Below are positions 61,350 to 64,000 of a stretch of 64,000 bases of DNA, one piece after another. How positions within the stretch are numbered: the stretch's first letter is position 1; each line of letters starts with the position of its first letter. The stretch is from positions 744,001-808,000 of the forward strand of contig CATNEN010000028.1 of the NCBI GenBank assembly GCA_950097015.1. Direction: 5' to 3'. The stretch is from Macrostomum hystrix. Lineage: Eukaryota > Animalia > Platyhelminthes. The translations under genes were made by a program, and so were the position numbers. A model generated the notes under the pieces. It saw only the letters and a list, made by a program, of their open reading frames with translations, searched no databases and was not told the origin of the DNA.

Positions 61350-63385
61350 CTGTGTTTCTGTATCCGTTGCTGTGTTTCTGTATCCGTTGCTGTGTTTCTG
61401 TATTCGTCGCTGTATTTCTGTTTTCCTCGCTGTATTTCTGTATGTGTTGATGTATTTCTATATGGGTGACCATTTCTGCATGGGTGACTGTATTTCTATA
61501 TGGGTGACTGTATTTCTGTATGTGTTGATGTATTTCTGTATGGGTGACTGTATTTCTGCATGGGTGACTGTATTTCTATATGTGTTGATGTATTTCTGTA
61601 TGGGTGACTGTATTTCTGCATGGGTGACTGTATTTCTATATGGGTGACTATTTCTGTATGGGTGACTATTTCTGCATGGGTGACTGTAATTCTGTATGGG
61701 TGACTGTAATTCTGTATGGGTGACTATTTCTGTATGGGTGACTGTAATTCTGTATGGGTGACTGTAATTCTGTATGGGTGACTGTATTTCTATATGGGTG
61801 ACTGTATTTCTATATGGGTGACTGTATTTCTGCATGGGTGACTGTATTTCTATATGGGTGACTATTTCTGTATGGGTGACTATTTCTGCATGGGTGACTG
61901 TAATTCTGTATGGGTGACTGTAATTCTGTATGGGTGACTATTTCTGTATGGGTGACTGTATTTCTGTATGGGTGACTGTATTTCTGTATGGGTGACTGTA
62001 TTTCTGTATGGGTGACCATTTCTGCATGGGTGACTGTAATTCTGTATGGGTGACTGTAATTCTTCATTTTTGGCTGTGTTTCTGTATTGGTGGCTGTATT
62101 ACTGTATTGGTGTCTGTATTTCTGTATTGGTGACTGTATTTCTGTATGGGTGACTGTATTTCTGTATGGATGACTGTATTTCTGTATGGGTGACTGTATT
62201 TCTGTATGGGTGACTGTATTTCTGTATGGGTGACCATTTCTGCATGGGTGACTGTAATTCTGTATGGGTGACTGTATTTCTGTATGGGTGACTGTATTTC
62301 TGTATGGGTGACTGTATTTCTGTATGGGTGACTGTATTTCTGTATGGGTGACTGTATTTCTGTATGGGTGACTGTATTTCTGTATGGGTGACTGTATTTC
62401 TGTATGGGTGACTGTATTTCTGTATGGGTGACTGTATTTCTGTATGGGTGACTGTAATTCTGTATGGGTGACTGTATTTCTGTATGGGTGACTGTATTTC
62501 TGTATGGGTGACTGTATTTCTGTATGGGTGACTGTAATTCTTCATTTTTGGCTGTGTTTCTGTATTGGTGGCTGTATTACTGTATTGGTGTCTGTATTTC
62601 TGTATTGGTGACTGTATTTCTGTATGGGTGACTGTATTTCTGTATGGGTGACCATTTCTGCATGGGTGACTGTAATTCTGTATGGGTGACTGTATTTCTG
62701 TATGGGTGACTGTATTTCTGTATGGGTGACTGTATTTCTGTATGGGTGACTGTATTTCTGTATGGGTGACTGTATTTCTGTATGGGTGACTGTATTTCTG
62801 TATGGGTGACTGTAATTCTGTATGGGTGACTGTATTTCTGTATGGGTGACTGTATTTCTGTATGGGTGACTGTATTTCTGTATGGGTGACTGTAATTCTT
62901 CATTTTTGGCTGTGTTTCTGTATTGGTGGCTGTATTACTGTATTGGTGTCTGTATTTCTGTATTGGTGACTGTATTTCTGTATGGGTGACTGTATTTCTG
63001 TATGGGTGACCATTTCTGCATGGGTGACTGTAATTCTGTATGGGTGACTGTATTTCTGTATGGGTGACTGTATTTCTGTATGGGTGACTGTATTTCTGTA
63101 TGGGTGACTGTATTTCTGTATGGGTGACTGTATTTCTGTATGGGTGACTGTATTTCTGTATGGGTGACTGTATTTCTGTATGGGTGACTGTATTTCTGTA
63201 TGGGTGACTGTATTTCTGTATGGGTGACTGCATTTCTGTATGGGTGACTGTATTTCTGTATGGGTGACTGTAATTCTTCATTTTTGGCTGTGTTTCTGTA
63301 TTGGTGGCTGTATTACTGTATTGGTGTCTGTATTACTGTATTGGTGTCTGTATTTCTGTATTGGTGACTGTATTTCTGGATGGGT
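61350..63385. repeat. 20-bp minisatellite (TGTATTTCTGTATGGGTGAC) with a marker block recurring at about 62060, 62540, 62895 and 63275
   Basis: Directly visible; marker TTCTTCATTTTTGGCTGTGTTTCTGTATTGG. Confidence 0.96.
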
Positions 63386-63774
63386 GGCTGTCGTTTTGTC
63401 TGTTTGTATTAGTAATTTTTTTGTTAGTATGATTTTTTAGTTTAACTCTATTGTGTGTTGTTTTTTCCTCGGACCTTTGTCTTCAAGCATGCCACACTTT
63501 ATATTATTGGTTGCCGTCTAATTATGAACTATGTCTATAATACTATTTTACTTGTCATAATATTTCGTTATCTAAGCATGACTTTGGATTTTATTTCTAG
63601 TTAAAAATGTTACTAATTTTTCATTTCCAATTTTAATTTTACCTAGCATTTTTGTATTGAACACAATTGTAGCTTCTCTAGGTAAATTTGCTGATACTTA
63701 TCAGAATTGCTATAATCAATTGCACTTCCTATAACTGTTCTATTTCGATTAGAATACCAAGCTACAAGTTTCGC

Positions 63775-64000
63775 CCCCTCCCCTAGATAGCAAATTATAA
63801 TCCCCTAGATTGCAGTTATAACCCCCTAGATTGCAGTTATAACCCCCTAGATTGCAGTTATAACCCCCTAGATTGCAGCTATAACCCCCTAGATTGCAGT
63901 TATAACCCCCTAGATTGCAGTTATAACCCCCTAGATTGCAGCTATAACCCCCTAGATTGCAGTTATAACCCCCTAGATTGCAGTTATAACCCTCTAGATT
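63775..64000. repeat. 21-bp minisatellite (CCCCTAGATTGCAGTTATAAC), truncated by window end
   Basis: Directly visible. Confidence 0.95.

Noticed and set aside
10346-63440. Other repeat-derived ORFs (10346, 13621, 15026, 22211-23392, 30231-31570, 34781, 36053, 49193-50364, 61372-63440)
   Set aside because: Each coincides with a tandem array, and overlapping frames are equally open.

Overview
This is a eukaryotic, intron-containing animal window that is very rich in minisatellites. GC-rich coding exons, CAG-type low-complexity tracts, introns filled with 20-24 bp tandem arrays and AG acceptors just upstream of start codons are reminiscent of a free-living flatworm such as Macrostomum; that assignment is inference only. 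Genes assembled by hand with phase-consistent splice sites: an intronless atypical class A GPCR (4518-5861 +), an unknown 326-409 aa protein (9955-7652 -), a 7-exon predicted GPI-anchored Cys-rich surface protein built from a duplicated 3-exon module (26504-34429 +), mitochondrial-type SHMT (6 exons, -), COX5A (2 exons, -) and MTAP (6 exons, +). Mobile DNA comprises five copies of one tRNA-derived SINE family, a fragment of a second SINE, two adjacent non-autonomous TIR elements between COX5A and MTAP, and three identical polypurine-tract-plus-204-bp LTR-like modules inside an 846-bp higher-order tandem repeat. About 30 tandem arrays make up a large part of the window and explain nearly all long ORFs in the ORF track. 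No known novel system could be established; the most notable leads are the 20-24 bp unit-length bias, the LTR-like module amplified within a satellite, and the SINE's conserved hairpin.
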